From: Aeromicrobium sp.
GTDB lineage: Bacteria; Actinomycetota; Actinomycetes; Propionibacteriales; Nocardioidaceae
Reading direction: 5' to 3'
NCBI GenBank assembly: GCA_045806885.1
Contig: JBJMIJ010000013.1
Span: 150,110 to 214,109, forward strand
Length of the DNA: 64,000 bases
Numbering within the stretch: position 1 is the stretch's first letter; each line of letters begins with the position of its first letter. Shown here piece by piece: positions 40,604-49,524 of this stretch. The notes under the pieces are model-generated. The model was not told the DNA's origin. It made no database searches and saw nothing but the letters and a program-made list of their open reading frames with translations. Made by a program: the position numbers and the translations under genes.

Positions 40604-42433
40604 TCAGCCCCACGGCAGGTAGGACTTGACCGTGTCCGCCGCGCGCACGATGACCGGCTTCTTGCCCGGCTCGGTGGCACCCAGCTCGTGCCACGGCGCG
40701 AAGACGCGCTCGACGTCGCCGATGACCGGCTCCAGCTCCGGGTAGTGCCGCAGCAGGACGTCCTTCATCGATGTGTGGTTGACCCAGTCGAAGCCGGTTT
40801 TCGTGTAGATCTCCGGGCGGAAGTCCGTGGTGAAGAATCGGTCGCTCTTGAGCCGGCGCGACGCCATCAGGATGAAGATGCGGAACGCGGTGTCGGAGAA
40901 GCCGAAGCCCTTTGGCGGCTGCTCGGCCTGCATGCCGATCTGCAGGTCGACGGCGTCGACGTCGCCGTTGTAGATCTCGTTCATCTCCTTGGCCCACTGT
41001 TTGTTCGGCGTGATGTCGTCGATGCTCTTGCGCCGCGGCATCCGCAGGACTTCGCGGAAGTCGTTGTAGCGCGGGATGCCACGCTCGCGGTCGCGCACGA
41101 TGTCGAGCGTCGCGAGGTCGGTGATCTGGCCGTCGATGCGCGTCAGGTTGCGCAGAGCGTTCGGGTAGTTGTGCAGGCACACCGCCCCCGCGCTCGCCTT
41201 GCCGATGGAGTACCACTGGTCGCCCATCGTCATGCTGTCCATGAAGTCGCGGGTGAAGCGGCCCTGGATGTCGGTGAAGTACGCGTCGCGCAGGTGCTCG
41301 CCCGACTCCACCGAGTAGAAGGACCAGTCGTCCGGGATGAGCGGGTGCATCCGGTAGACCGACACGAACTCCTCGGTCAGCGAGAACGGTGCGCTGTGGT
41401 GGTCGGTTGCGGAGCCGATGATGCCGGAGAGCGTCTCGCTGTCGCCGATGCGGCCGATCTTGCCCTTGAACGTCTCGCCGAGGGCGCCGAACCAGTTGGC
41501 GTTCATGCCGATCTGCAGCGCCGGGTGCCGCAGGACGCAGGTCGTCCACTCGACGGTGTGAATCTTGGCGATGAGCGCCGAGACGACGAGAACGCCGAGC
41601 TCGAACAGGCGCTGGTCGCTCAGCTCCGGCTGCGCCTTCTTGATGGCCTCGACCACGGAATTGTGCTCGCGGGCGAACAGGGTGTGCAGCAGACCGGGAC
41701 CGAACCAGTAGTTCTCCTGCATGCCCGTCAGGTCGACGCCCGGGATGTCGCTCGCCGGCAGGCGGCCGTTGTCGTCGACCTTGATCTTGCCGTCGACGAA
41801 CGTGCGAATCGTGCCCTGCTTGTCGGCGCCGCTGCCGTAGATCTGCGAGCCGTCCCACCAGTGCGTCTCGGCGTTGGCGAACACGGGGGCCGGGCAGCCG
41901 TCCTTGATCTCGCCGTGCATGGGAATGGTCTCGCGGATCCGCATCGGGTTCTCGGGGAAGTCGTCGCCCGGCTGGAGCGGGATCTCGATGACGTGGTCGG
42001 CAAGGCCGTTGCCGTGGAAGAACCAGTTGTGGTTCTCAAACTGCAGCCAGGCCGCGCCAAGCGCGTTGAGGATGCCGGCCGGCTTGAAGTCGTCGCGCGC
42101 CATCAACACCCGGCTGATCTCGCGCGGGTCGGGCGTCAGCAGCCGCTTGCGATCGACGATCGTCTTCTCGATCGGCGCGTTGCGACCGAAGCCCGTGCCC
42201 TTCGCCCCCATCGCCGGGCAGCCGAGGTCGTTGTACGTGCCATCCGGCATGCGGGCCGTGAGCGCCTCCTCCGGCGGCTCGGCGCTGCCCCCCTCCGGAC
42301 GGATGTCCTCGTGCTCGAACAGGTTTTTCTCCCGCAGGTCGTCACGCTCCGACGACAGGGCCGACAGCTGCAGTACCAGTGAAGGGTGCTCGTACCACTG
42401 CAGATGGAGGGGGTTCGGGATCCGTGGGGTCAT
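40604..42433 (-). CDS. animal-haem-peroxidase superfamily protein, fatty-acid alpha-dioxygenase/COX-like
   Basis: ATG 42433 with AAGGAG 6 nt upstream. Distal-His motif ETHWWDGSQIYG and Tyr-x-x-His motif VYRMHPLIP. Confidence 0.75.
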   Translation of the reverse strand: MTPRIPNPLHLQWYEHPSLVLQLSALSSERDDLREKNLFEHEDIRPEGGSAEPPEEALTARMPDGTYNDLGCPAMGAKGTGFGRNAPIEKTIVDRKRLLTPDPREISRVLMARDDFKPAGILNALGAAWLQFENHNWFFHGNGLADHVIEIPLQPGDDFPENPMRIRETIPMHGEIKDGCPAPVFANAETHWWDGSQIYGSGADKQGTIRTFVDGKIKVDDNGRLPASDIPGVDLTGMQENYWFGPGLLHTLFAREHNSVVEAIKKAQPELSDQRLFELGVLVVSALIAKIHTVEWTTCVLRHPALQIGMNANWFGALGETFKGKIGRIGDSETLSGIIGSATDHHSAPFSLTEEFVSVYRMHPLIPDDWSFYSVESGEHLRDAYFTDIQGRFTRDFMDSMTMGDQWYSIGKASAGAVCLHNYPNALRNLTRIDGQITDLATLDIVRDRERGIPRYNDFREVLRMPRRKSIDDITPNKQWAKEMNEIYNGDVDAVDLQIGMQAEQPPKGFGFSDTAFRIFILMASRRLKSDRFFTTDFRPEIYTKTGFDWVNHTSMKDVLLRHYPELEPVIGDVERVFAPWHELGATEPGKKPVIVRAADTVKSYLPWG

Positions 42434-42503
42434 GCGTGCTCCTTGACGGTGGGGCTCGTTGTGCACTTTAGGCACTCGGACGGCTTGGTGGGCTCGATTC
42501 GGG

Positions 42504-43145
42504 CTAGGGGGTGCGGAGAGCGAAATATCCGATGCGCTCGAAGCGCGAGTCGCCCACCAACGACGGAACGCGGAAGAAGATCTTCCCGAGATAGGCGCCC
42601 GGGACGAGCTCGACCAGCTCGTCACGGATGCTCTTGATCACGAGCTTCGGGTTGTCCGGGACGCTCGCATAGTCGATGACGAGGACGCTGACGTCAGGGT
42701 CCTCGACGCCGGCCTCGACGTACGTGTTGAAGTCGAACGCGGACCTGCCGTCGGCGTCCGTCCGCATCCCGTAGACCGGCCACAGGATCTTGCCGACGAG
42801 GCGCGACGACTCGGTCATCCGGTTGTCGCCTGTCGATGAGTCCGCGTCGAAGCGCTTGCCTCGCCACGGCATCCACACGCTCGTCAGGGCTTTGACCGCC
42901 GCATCCAGCGCCCGGTTCGTTGTCGTCGCGACGAGGATCCCGTCGGTCGCTCCGTCGAGACCGGTCGGGACGGCGCCGGCCGCGAACAGCTCGTTGAGGA
43001 TTGGCTCAGCGGCATCCGTGTCGTGCTGCGCGAGGTCCTGCAGCGCGACGAGGATCGACCAGGCATCGTCCGCCGTGACCGCCGCGTCGCCGCGCAGCGC
43101 GTCGAGGGTGGACTGGGCGTCCGAGGAGAGCTGCGATGCCGTCAT
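42504..43145 (-). CDS. GXWXG / DUF4334-like protein
   Basis: ATG 43145. MPWRGKRFDADSSTGDN and C-terminal IDYASVPDNPKLVIKSIRDELVELVPGAYLGKIFF...YFALR resemble the two-domain family. Confidence 0.45.
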   Translation of the reverse strand: MTASQLSSDAQSTLDALRGDAAVTADDAWSILVALQDLAQHDTDAAEPILNELFAAGAVPTGLDGATDGILVATTTNRALDAAVKALTSVWMPWRGKRFDADSSTGDNRMTESSRLVGKILWPVYGMRTDADGRSAFDFNTYVEAGVEDPDVSVLVIDYASVPDNPKLVIKSIRDELVELVPGAYLGKIFFRVPSLVGDSRFERIGYFALRTP

Positions 43146-43220
43146 GGGACCCCCTGGTGCGCTGGCGAAACACGTGTGACCCACGTCACGGTGCGTGACT
43201 GAAGCACCCTAGCGCGCGGG

Positions 43221-44321
43221 TTGCCGGTGTGCCACGGTGGCGGAATGGGTGATCGGCTGGAGCGCGTCGCGACGCTTGTTGGCGAGCTGGCGGTCGAGGA
43301 GGCGGGGCTGCTGACCGGCCATCCAGTTGTCTTGTGGCCGAGCCTCTACTGCGACGCGATGGTCTTCGCCGACCAGGTCGCGGCATTGGCGGACACACAC
43401 CGTCTGCTCGTCCTCGATCCGCCCGGGCACGCACGCAGCGGCCTTCCGCCCGTCCGGTTCAGCCTGGCGGACACCGCGCAGGCCACCTTCCAGGTGCTGG
43501 ATGCCTTCGGCATCGAGCGGGCTGCATTGATCGGCGGCGCCTGGGGCGGGATGGTCGGCGTCCAGATGGCTGCGCTTCATCCGGCTCGGCTGTCTGCCAT
43601 CGTGCTCATCAACAGCCCACTTGACTGCTGGCGCGGATGGCAGCGCGTCGAGATGACCGGTCTGCTGGCCCTGATTCGCGTAGGCACCGGCACCGAACTG
43701 GACGGCCGGATCCTCAAAACCATCCTGGACGCCTACACCGCACCCCGCCGTGACCACCTCGACCCCGCCGAAGACCCGTACGAGACCCACGAACACAAGC
43801 AGGGCATCGCGTTCAGCCAGCTGCTCCAACACATCCCAACCGACCAGCTCCCCACCAGCGGTGGCACCCCCATCCGGGTCGTCGTCACCATCGACGAGTC
43901 AAAGCTGCAGTCGAAGGTGGCTGCAGCCACGTTGGCCACCGGCGAACGCATCTCCGCCGGCGAGCTGCGCCGGCTGGCCGCCAACCACGGCATCATCCCC
44001 ATGGTCCTCGGCAGCGATTCAGTGCCCATCGACCTCGGCCGCACCCAACGCCTCTTCACCAAAGCCCAACGCGACGCCCTGGCCGTCATGGACGGCGGCT
44101 GCACCGCCCCCGGCTGCGACCTGCCACCCAGTTGGTGCGAAGTCCAACACACTGATCCCTGGCAAACCGGCGGGATGACCAACCTCGACAACGCCACCCT
44201 GCACTGCAGCGCCTGCCACCACCGCGCAGACCAAGAACACTGGAAATACAAGAGAATCCGTGGCCGCATCCACATCAACCGCGGCAAAGGCTGGGAAACC
44301 AACCACCGGTATAGGCCCTAA
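43221..44321 (+). pseudogene. chimeric ORF: truncated alpha/beta-hydrolase (nucleophile Ser replaced, GGAWGG) fused in frame to the C-terminal half of a DUF222/REP13E12-type HNH endonuclease
   Basis: N-terminal ~165 aa are hydrolase-like (VVLWPSLYCD...LIGGAWGGMVG). The C-terminal ~190 aa carry GCTAPGCDLPPSWCEVQHTDPW...NLDNATLHCSACHH. Codon usage shifts (CAA/AAA/GAA, ACC-rich) from about 43710. Confidence 0.6.
43750..44321 (+). mobile_element. remnant of a DUF222-HNH (13E12-repeat-like) element; left boundary approximate (43700-43760)
   Basis: HNH motif and typical flanking sequence (IIPMVLGSDSVPIDLGRTQRLFTKAQRDAL). Lacks the N-terminal DUF222 half. Confidence 0.5.
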
Positions 44322-45142
44322 ACCGAATGAGCCGCGTCGTAGACCGTCTTGCGGCGCACCCCAGTCTCCTTCGCCACAGCAGCGACCGCGTCCTTGCTGG
44401 ACATGCCGGTGGCTTGGCGCTCGGCAACGAGTCGACGCAGCTCGGCCGCATCGAATTCACGCTGCTCGGCGCCGGCAACCACCAACGTCACCTCGCCCCG
44501 CACGCCCTGCTCCTGGACATCCGCCCACCCGAGGAGGTCCGCGAGGCTGCCGCGGACGACTTCCTCGTGCGTCTTCGTGAGCTCCCGGCAGAGCGCGGCC
44601 CGGCGGTCAGCGCCGAAAGCCTCTGCCATCGCGGCGAGCGCCTCGTCGGTTCGCCGCGGCGACTCGAAGAACACCATCGTCCGCCGCTCGTCGGCCAGCT
44701 CGGCCAACTGTGACCGGCGCTCGCCGGACTTCCGGGCCAGGAAGCCCTCGAAGGTGAAGCGATGCACCGGTAGGCCGCTGACGGCCAGCGCCGTGAGCAC
44801 TGCGGACGGACCCGGGATCGCGGTCACCTCGAGCCCGGCCTCCATGCACGCCGCCACCAGCCGGTATCCGGGGTCGGCGACGCTTGGCATGCCGGCGTCC
44901 GTGACCAGGACGACGTCCAGCCCGTCCCCCACGGCCTGGACGAGTTCCGGCGTCCGCTCCCGCTCGTTGCCGTCGAAGTAGGAGACGACGCGGCCGCTGA
45001 CGGTGACGCCGAGATCAGCCGCGAGTCGGCGGAGACGACGAGTGTCCTCAGCGGCAACCACGTCGGCCGCTGCCAAGGCCTCCCGCAGCCGCGGCGACGC
45101 GTCATCGGGCCGCCCGATCGGCGTGGCCGCGAGGATCAACAC
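44318..45142 (-). CDS. rsmI: 16S rRNA (cytidine1402-2'-O)-methyltransferase
   Basis: GTG 45142 (VLILAATPIGRPDDASPRLREALAAADVVAAEDTR...TDAGMPSVADPG). The upstream ORF extension is Arg-rich. Confidence 0.85.
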   Translation of the reverse strand: MLILAATPIGRPDDASPRLREALAAADVVAAEDTRRLRRLAADLGVTVSGRVVSYFDGNERERTPELVQAVGDGLDVVLVTDAGMPSVADPGYRLVAACMEAGLEVTAIPGPSAVLTALAVSGLPVHRFTFEGFLARKSGERRSQLAELADERRTMVFFESPRRTDEALAAMAEAFGADRRAALCRELTKTHEEVVRGSLADLLGWADVQEQGVRGEVTLVVAGAEQREFDAAELRRLVAERQATGMSSKDAVAAVAKETGVRRKTVYDAAHSV

Positions 45143-45195
45143 GCCCCCATCCAACCAGCCCGCAATCCCCCGCGCTGAGTCCTTAGGCTTGCGGG

Positions 45196-46737
45196 GTGAC
45201 CGAGCGGGCCAAGGGCTGGTACTACTCCAGCGTCGTGAGCCTGTTCGCCCTCGGGCTGCGGATGTGGCACCTCGACCGGCCACGCAGCCTGTCGTTCGAC
45301 GAGCGGTACTACGCCGAGAACGCCTGGTCGATGCTGCACGTCGGGTACGCGCAGGATTTCGTGGACGGCGCCGAGAAGCGCATCGCACACGGCGACCTCA
45401 CCAACCTCTTCGTCGTCGGCCAGCCCACGCAGGTCGTCCACCCGGACGCAGGCAAGTGGCTGATCGCGGTGGGCGAGGCGGCCTTCGGGTTCAACTCGTT
45501 CGGCTGGCGCATCGCGTCCGCGATCGTCGGCGCCCTCACCGTGCTGGTGGTCTGCCGGCTTGTCCTGCGGCTGACGCACTCCGTGCCGTTCGCTTGTCTC
45601 GCCGGCTTCCTCGTCGCGCTCGATGGCCTCCACCTGACGATGTCGCGGCTGGCGCTGCTCGACATCTTCGTCACGTTCTGGACGGTCTGCGCGGTCGCCT
45701 GCCTGGTCGCCGACCGCGACTGGATCGCGGCCCGCATCGTGGGCCCGGACGCCCGGTTCCGGGTCTGGCGACCCTGGCAGCTCGCCGCGGGCGTCTGCTT
45801 CGGCCTGGCCTGCGGCAGCAAGTGGAACGGCGTATACGCACTCGCTGCATTTGGCCTGACGATCGTCCTGTGGGAAGTCGTCCTGCGCCGGTCGCGCGGT
45901 GACGGCCGCCCCATCCGGACCACGCTCGCCGTCGGGCTCCCCGCCTTCGGCTGGCTGGTCGTCGTCGCAGCTGCCGTCTACTTGGTGACGTGCCTCGGCT
46001 GGCTCGTCAGCCACCAGGTCTACGAGCAGCGCTTCGGCCACGGCTACGGCGACGAGCCGAAGTGGGGCGCCTACGTCGACCATCCCGCCGCCGGCCCGGT
46101 GGGCCAGACGACGGACGCACTGCGCTCGCTATGGCACTACCAGGGCATGTCGTATCGCTTCCACACCGGCGAATACCTGGCAAAGCAGACACACCCCTAT
46201 GAGTCCCACGCCATCGGCTGGCTCGTGCAATGGCGCCCGGTGAGCGCCGCCGTGGACCTCCACCTGAAGGCCGACCGCTGCGGGGCGCCGAAGGGCTCGT
46301 ACTGCATGCGCGAGACCTTGCTGATGGGCAACCTCGCCGTGTGGTGGTCAGGTGTGCTCGCCGTGATCGTGTGTGCGGCCGCGTGGCTGAACCCGCGCCG
46401 GCAGCGGGCGGCAGCCACCGAACGCTGGAAGTACTCCGTCCCGGTCGTCGGCGTACTGGCCACGTGGCTGCCGTGGCTGCCGATCACCGATCGGCCCGTC
46501 TTCTCCTTCTACGCCGTGACGACGCTGCCGTTCCTCGCCATCGCACTCGCCCTGGTGCTGCATGCGGAGACGCAGCGAGCGAAGACCCCCCGGCAGCGCT
46601 ACCTGGCCGCGCTCAACGTCGGCCTGCTCGTCACACTGACCATCGCCGCGGCGGTCTACTTCTGGCCGATCTGGACGCACCAGCTCATCCCGTGGAACGC
46701 GTGGAACTCCCGGATGTGGCTGCGGACGTGGGTCTAG
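45196..46737 (+). CDS. pmt: dolichyl-phosphate-mannose--protein mannosyltransferase
   Basis: LGLRMWHLDRPRSLSFDERYYAENAW N-terminal loop with the DE motif. Polytopic. Divergent from rsmI, as in mycobacteria. Confidence 0.8.
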   Translation: MTERAKGWYYSSVVSLFALGLRMWHLDRPRSLSFDERYYAENAWSMLHVGYAQDFVDGAEKRIAHGDLTNLFVVGQPTQVVHPDAGKWLIAVGEAAFGFNSFGWRIASAIVGALTVLVVCRLVLRLTHSVPFACLAGFLVALDGLHLTMSRLALLDIFVTFWTVCAVACLVADRDWIAARIVGPDARFRVWRPWQLAAGVCFGLACGSKWNGVYALAAFGLTIVLWEVVLRRSRGDGRPIRTTLAVGLPAFGWLVVVAAAVYLVTCLGWLVSHQVYEQRFGHGYGDEPKWGAYVDHPAAGPVGQTTDALRSLWHYQGMSYRFHTGEYLAKQTHPYESHAIGWLVQWRPVSAAVDLHLKADRCGAPKGSYCMRETLLMGNLAVWWSGVLAVIVCAAAWLNPRRQRAAATERWKYSVPVVGVLATWLPWLPITDRPVFSFYAVTTLPFLAIALALVLHAETQRAKTPRQRYLAALNVGLLVTLTIAAAVYFWPIWTHQLIPWNAWNSRMWLRTWV

Positions 46738-47357
46738 GGCACGGTGACGCGCGCCGCCGCCTGGATGCCGGCGATCGCCAGCTCGACAAGTTGGGCGATG
46801 TCGGCAGCCGCGTCGGCCGGCGGCTTCGACGGCCGGACGACGTGCGACAGCACCAGCCGCACGATGGCCTCGGCAGCCATGTCCAGCTCAGTGGCGCTGA
46901 AGGGCAACGGCGAGTAGATCTCGATGACGTTGGCCCGCACGGCCTCGACCGCCGTGTCGACGATGAACCCGGAGTCGATTGTGAGCAGCTTGAGCAGCTC
47001 GTCGTCCGTCTCGTGCGGGATGGAGCCGAGGACCGTGCGCAGCAGCAGGTTCCGCTCGGCCTGCTCGAGGACGCCCTGGGCGGCTGACCGAATGCCGGCG
47101 ACCAGGTCGGTCTCGGCGGCAAGCCGCGCATGGACGAACGTGAGGAAGTCGAACAGCTCACGCTGGACGAGGGACTCGGCCAGCTGATGCTTGGTGCCCA
47201 GCTCGGTGTGCGCCGTCTGCCGGCTCACGCCCACGACCGCCGCCAGCTTGCCCATGGTGACCGAGCCCCAACCGGACTTCTCGATCAGCTGCTTGGCAGC
47301 ATCGAGCAGCCGCTCACGAATGGAGCCGGGCTTTGCGTCGGGCAGAGCGAGGTCCAT
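46734..47357 (-). CDS. TetR family regulator downstream of alkB-rubredoxin (AlkU-like)
   Basis: HTH MGKLAAVVGVSRQTAHTELGTKHQL. 12 nt after the rubredoxin stop. Confidence 0.8.
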   Translation of the reverse strand: MDLALPDAKPGSIRERLLDAAKQLIEKSGWGSVTMGKLAAVVGVSRQTAHTELGTKHQLAESLVQRELFDFLTFVHARLAAETDLVAGIRSAAQGVLEQAERNLLLRTVLGSIPHETDDELLKLLTIDSGFIVDTAVEAVRANVIEIYSPLPFSATELDMAAEAIVRLVLSHVVRPSKPPADAAADIAQLVELAIAGIQAAARVTVP

Positions 47358-47369
47358 GGCGCGGCCAGA

Positions 47370-47600
47370 CTACTGACTCGCCTGCGAGCGAGTCTCCGCC
47401 GAGATGATCTGGCCGTCCTGATCGTTGTGGACGAACTCCTCGATCGGGATGAAGTCGACCTGCTCGCGCACGCCGCAGTCGGGGCACGTCCATGCGGGGT
47501 CGATCTCGGCGAACGCCGTGCCCGCCGGCCACCCCTCGTGGGGGTCGCCGATGGCCTCGTCGTAGACGTATTCACAGTTGGGGCAGATGAACTGGCTCAT
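47370..47600 (-). CDS. rubA: rubredoxin
   Basis: ATG 47600 (ATGA overlap with the alkB stop). CPNC...CPDC iron site. Confidence 0.85.
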   Translation of the reverse strand: MSQFICPNCEYVYDEAIGDPHEGWPAGTAFAEIDPAWTCPDCGVREQVDFIPIEEFVHNDQDGQIISAETRSQASQ

Positions 47601-48826
47601 GCGGCCACCTCTTCGGACGCCTCCGGCACCGGGTACTTCGCCAGATACTTCGCAGCGGTCCGCGGATGCAGGTTGGCCTGCGAGATGTCGCCGTCGAAGT
47701 GTGCGACGACCTTCTTGTCCATGACCCGGCGCCAGAACGGCGTCGCGTAGGCAAGGACGATCATGCCCGCGTAGCCGGTGGGCAGCACCGGAGCCTGCGG
47801 GAAGTCGCGCAGCGCCTGGTACCGCCGCGTCGGGTTGGCGTGGTGGTCGCTGTGCCGCTGCAGGTGGTACAGCAGGATGTTCGTGCCGATGTTGTTGCTG
47901 TTCCAGCTGTGGCTGGGGTTGACCCGCTCGTACCGGCCGGAGTCGAGCATCTTGCGCTTCATGCCGTAGTGCTCGAGGTAGTTGACCGCCTCCAGCAGGC
48001 TGATGCCGATGGCCGCCTGAACGACCAGGTACGGGAGGATCTGCCAGGTCTGCAGGCCGAGCACGGCGTTCACGACCATGGCGGCGCCCCAAAGGATCGG
48101 CGTGAACATCCAGGCGTTGATCAGGTCGCTGTGGAAGCTCCACGGCGACTGGCCCTTGCGGGCGAGGCGCGTCTTCTCCAGGTCCCAAGCGCTCTTGAGG
48201 CTGCCGAGGACGGTGCGGGGCAGGAATTCGTAGATGGTCTCGCCGAGCTTGGAGCTGGCCGGGTCCGGCGGCGTGGCCACGCGGACGTGGTGGCCCCGGT
48301 TGTGCTCGATGTAGAAGTGGCCGTATGCCGTCTGCGCCAGCGCGATGCGGGCGTACCAGCGCTCGAGCTTCTCCTTCTTGTGGCCCAGCTCGTGCGCGGT
48401 GTTGATGCCGATGCCGGCGACCATTCCCATGCCAGTGGCCAGGCCGAGCTTCTGCACCCAGGTCAGCGACTCGGTGACCGTCCAGAGAGTGCCGCCGCCA
48501 AGCAGGTAGCAGCCCCAGAGGAAGCCGACGATCTGCAGCGGGATGAACAGGTAGGTGACCCAGCGGTAGAAGCGGTCGTTCTCCACCATCTCGATGATCT
48601 CGTCCGGGGGGTTGTTCGGATCGAGACCGAGGACGAGGTCCATCAGCGGAATGATGACGAAGACGAAGAACGGCCCGAAGAACCAGATCGGCGTCCAGTG
48701 GGTCGCGCCCCACATCGGCATGATGAGGAACGGGATCAGCGGGATGATGCCGCTCAGGATCCAGAAGTAACGCTTCGGGTCGCGCCAGGTGATCTTCTGG
48801 CCTTCTGCGGTCACTGCTTCATACAT
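47597..48826 (-). CDS. alkB: alkane 1-monooxygenase
   Basis: His boxes HELGHK, EHNRGHH and LQRHSDHH. ATG 48826 with GGGGAGA upstream. Confidence 0.9.
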   Translation of the reverse strand: MYEAVTAEGQKITWRDPKRYFWILSGIIPLIPFLIMPMWGATHWTPIWFFGPFFVFVIIPLMDLVLGLDPNNPPDEIIEMVENDRFYRWVTYLFIPLQIVGFLWGCYLLGGGTLWTVTESLTWVQKLGLATGMGMVAGIGINTAHELGHKKEKLERWYARIALAQTAYGHFYIEHNRGHHVRVATPPDPASSKLGETIYEFLPRTVLGSLKSAWDLEKTRLARKGQSPWSFHSDLINAWMFTPILWGAAMVVNAVLGLQTWQILPYLVVQAAIGISLLEAVNYLEHYGMKRKMLDSGRYERVNPSHSWNSNNIGTNILLYHLQRHSDHHANPTRRYQALRDFPQAPVLPTGYAGMIVLAYATPFWRRVMDKKVVAHFDGDISQANLHPRTAAKYLAKYPVPEASEEVAA

Positions 48827-48864
48827 GGAAAATCTCCCCTGCCGTTCAATACTGCTGACGAGCA

Positions 48865-48901
48865 CTTGACATCAACGTACGACATGTCAAGCAACTTGAC
48901 A
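48865..48901. promoter_or_regulatory. inverted repeat CTTGACAT-N11-ATGTCAAG plus a third CTTGACA copy; probable alkB operator/promoter
   Basis: 48865..48872, 48884..48891 and 48895..48901; 39-75 nt upstream of the alkB ATG. Confidence 0.5.
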
Positions 48902-48978
48902 AGTGGCTCTGGAATGTAAAGCGCGAGATTTTCGCGCACACGTCGAGACGGTCGGCTGCGGCGCGACATAGTGAGGGT

Positions 48979-49524
48979 GTGACCGATGAGTTGACGCAGC
49001 TGGCAAAGGCGCAGGTCGGGGACCGGGACGCCTTTGCCGGTCTCTACGACCGCCACGTGCGGCCGGTGTACTGGCAGGCGTACTCCGTGGTGCGGGATCG
49101 CGAGATCGCCGAGGACGTGACGCAGGAGGTCTTCGTCACGACGTGGCGCCGCATCCGCACCATCGCCCCGGTCGACGGCTCGATCCTGCCGTGGCTGCTC
49201 TTGACCGCGCGGTACACCGCCTACAACACCGCGCGGAAGGAACGCCGCCGGCCGGCGGACGGGCTCGACACCGACCCGGTCGGCGGGCACGGCGCCGACG
49301 TCGACGCCGAGGCGTCCTTCGTCCGGGCCGAGATCGACAAGGCCGTTGCCGCCCTCTCCCCCGTCGACCAGCAGCTGTACGCGCTCTGCGTCGACGGCGG
49401 CGCCACGTACGAGCAAGCCGCCAAGGAGCTCGGCGTGAGCCACAGCGTCGTCCGCAATCGCATCCATCGACTCCGCACGCGCTTGCGTGCGGATCTCAGC
49501 GCCCTGAGGGGGGCCGCATCATGA
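48979..49524 (+). CDS. ECF (group 4) sigma-70 factor
   Basis: Region 2 (AEDVTQEVFVTTWRR) and region 4 (YEQAAKELGVSHSVVRNRIHRLR). GTG start. Confidence 0.8.
   Translation: MTDELTQLAKAQVGDRDAFAGLYDRHVRPVYWQAYSVVRDREIAEDVTQEVFVTTWRRIRTIAPVDGSILPWLLLTARYTAYNTARKERRRPADGLDTDPVGGHGADVDAEASFVRAEIDKAVAALSPVDQQLYALCVDGGATYEQAAKELGVSHSVVRNRIHRLRTRLRADLSALRGAAS

Noticed and set aside
11188-45388. Long N-terminal extensions offered by the ORF track for 11188..12558, 17803..18858, 26704..27825, 29994..31733, 33115..34032, 35597..36196, 39253..40680, 40604..42625 and 44318..45388
   Set aside because: The extensions are Arg/Pro/Gly-rich, run through neighbouring genes or promoters and lack an SD. Internal starts give family-typical N-termini with an SD or a defined -10 spacing.
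48911-48955. ECF-type autoregulatory promoter (GGAAT ... CGTC) and the small hairpin GCGCGA-GATTT-TCGCGC upstream of the ECF sigma
   Set aside because: The spacing between the putative -35 and -10 is about 25 nt, too long for ECF promoters. The hairpin has no U-tract and no clear role.
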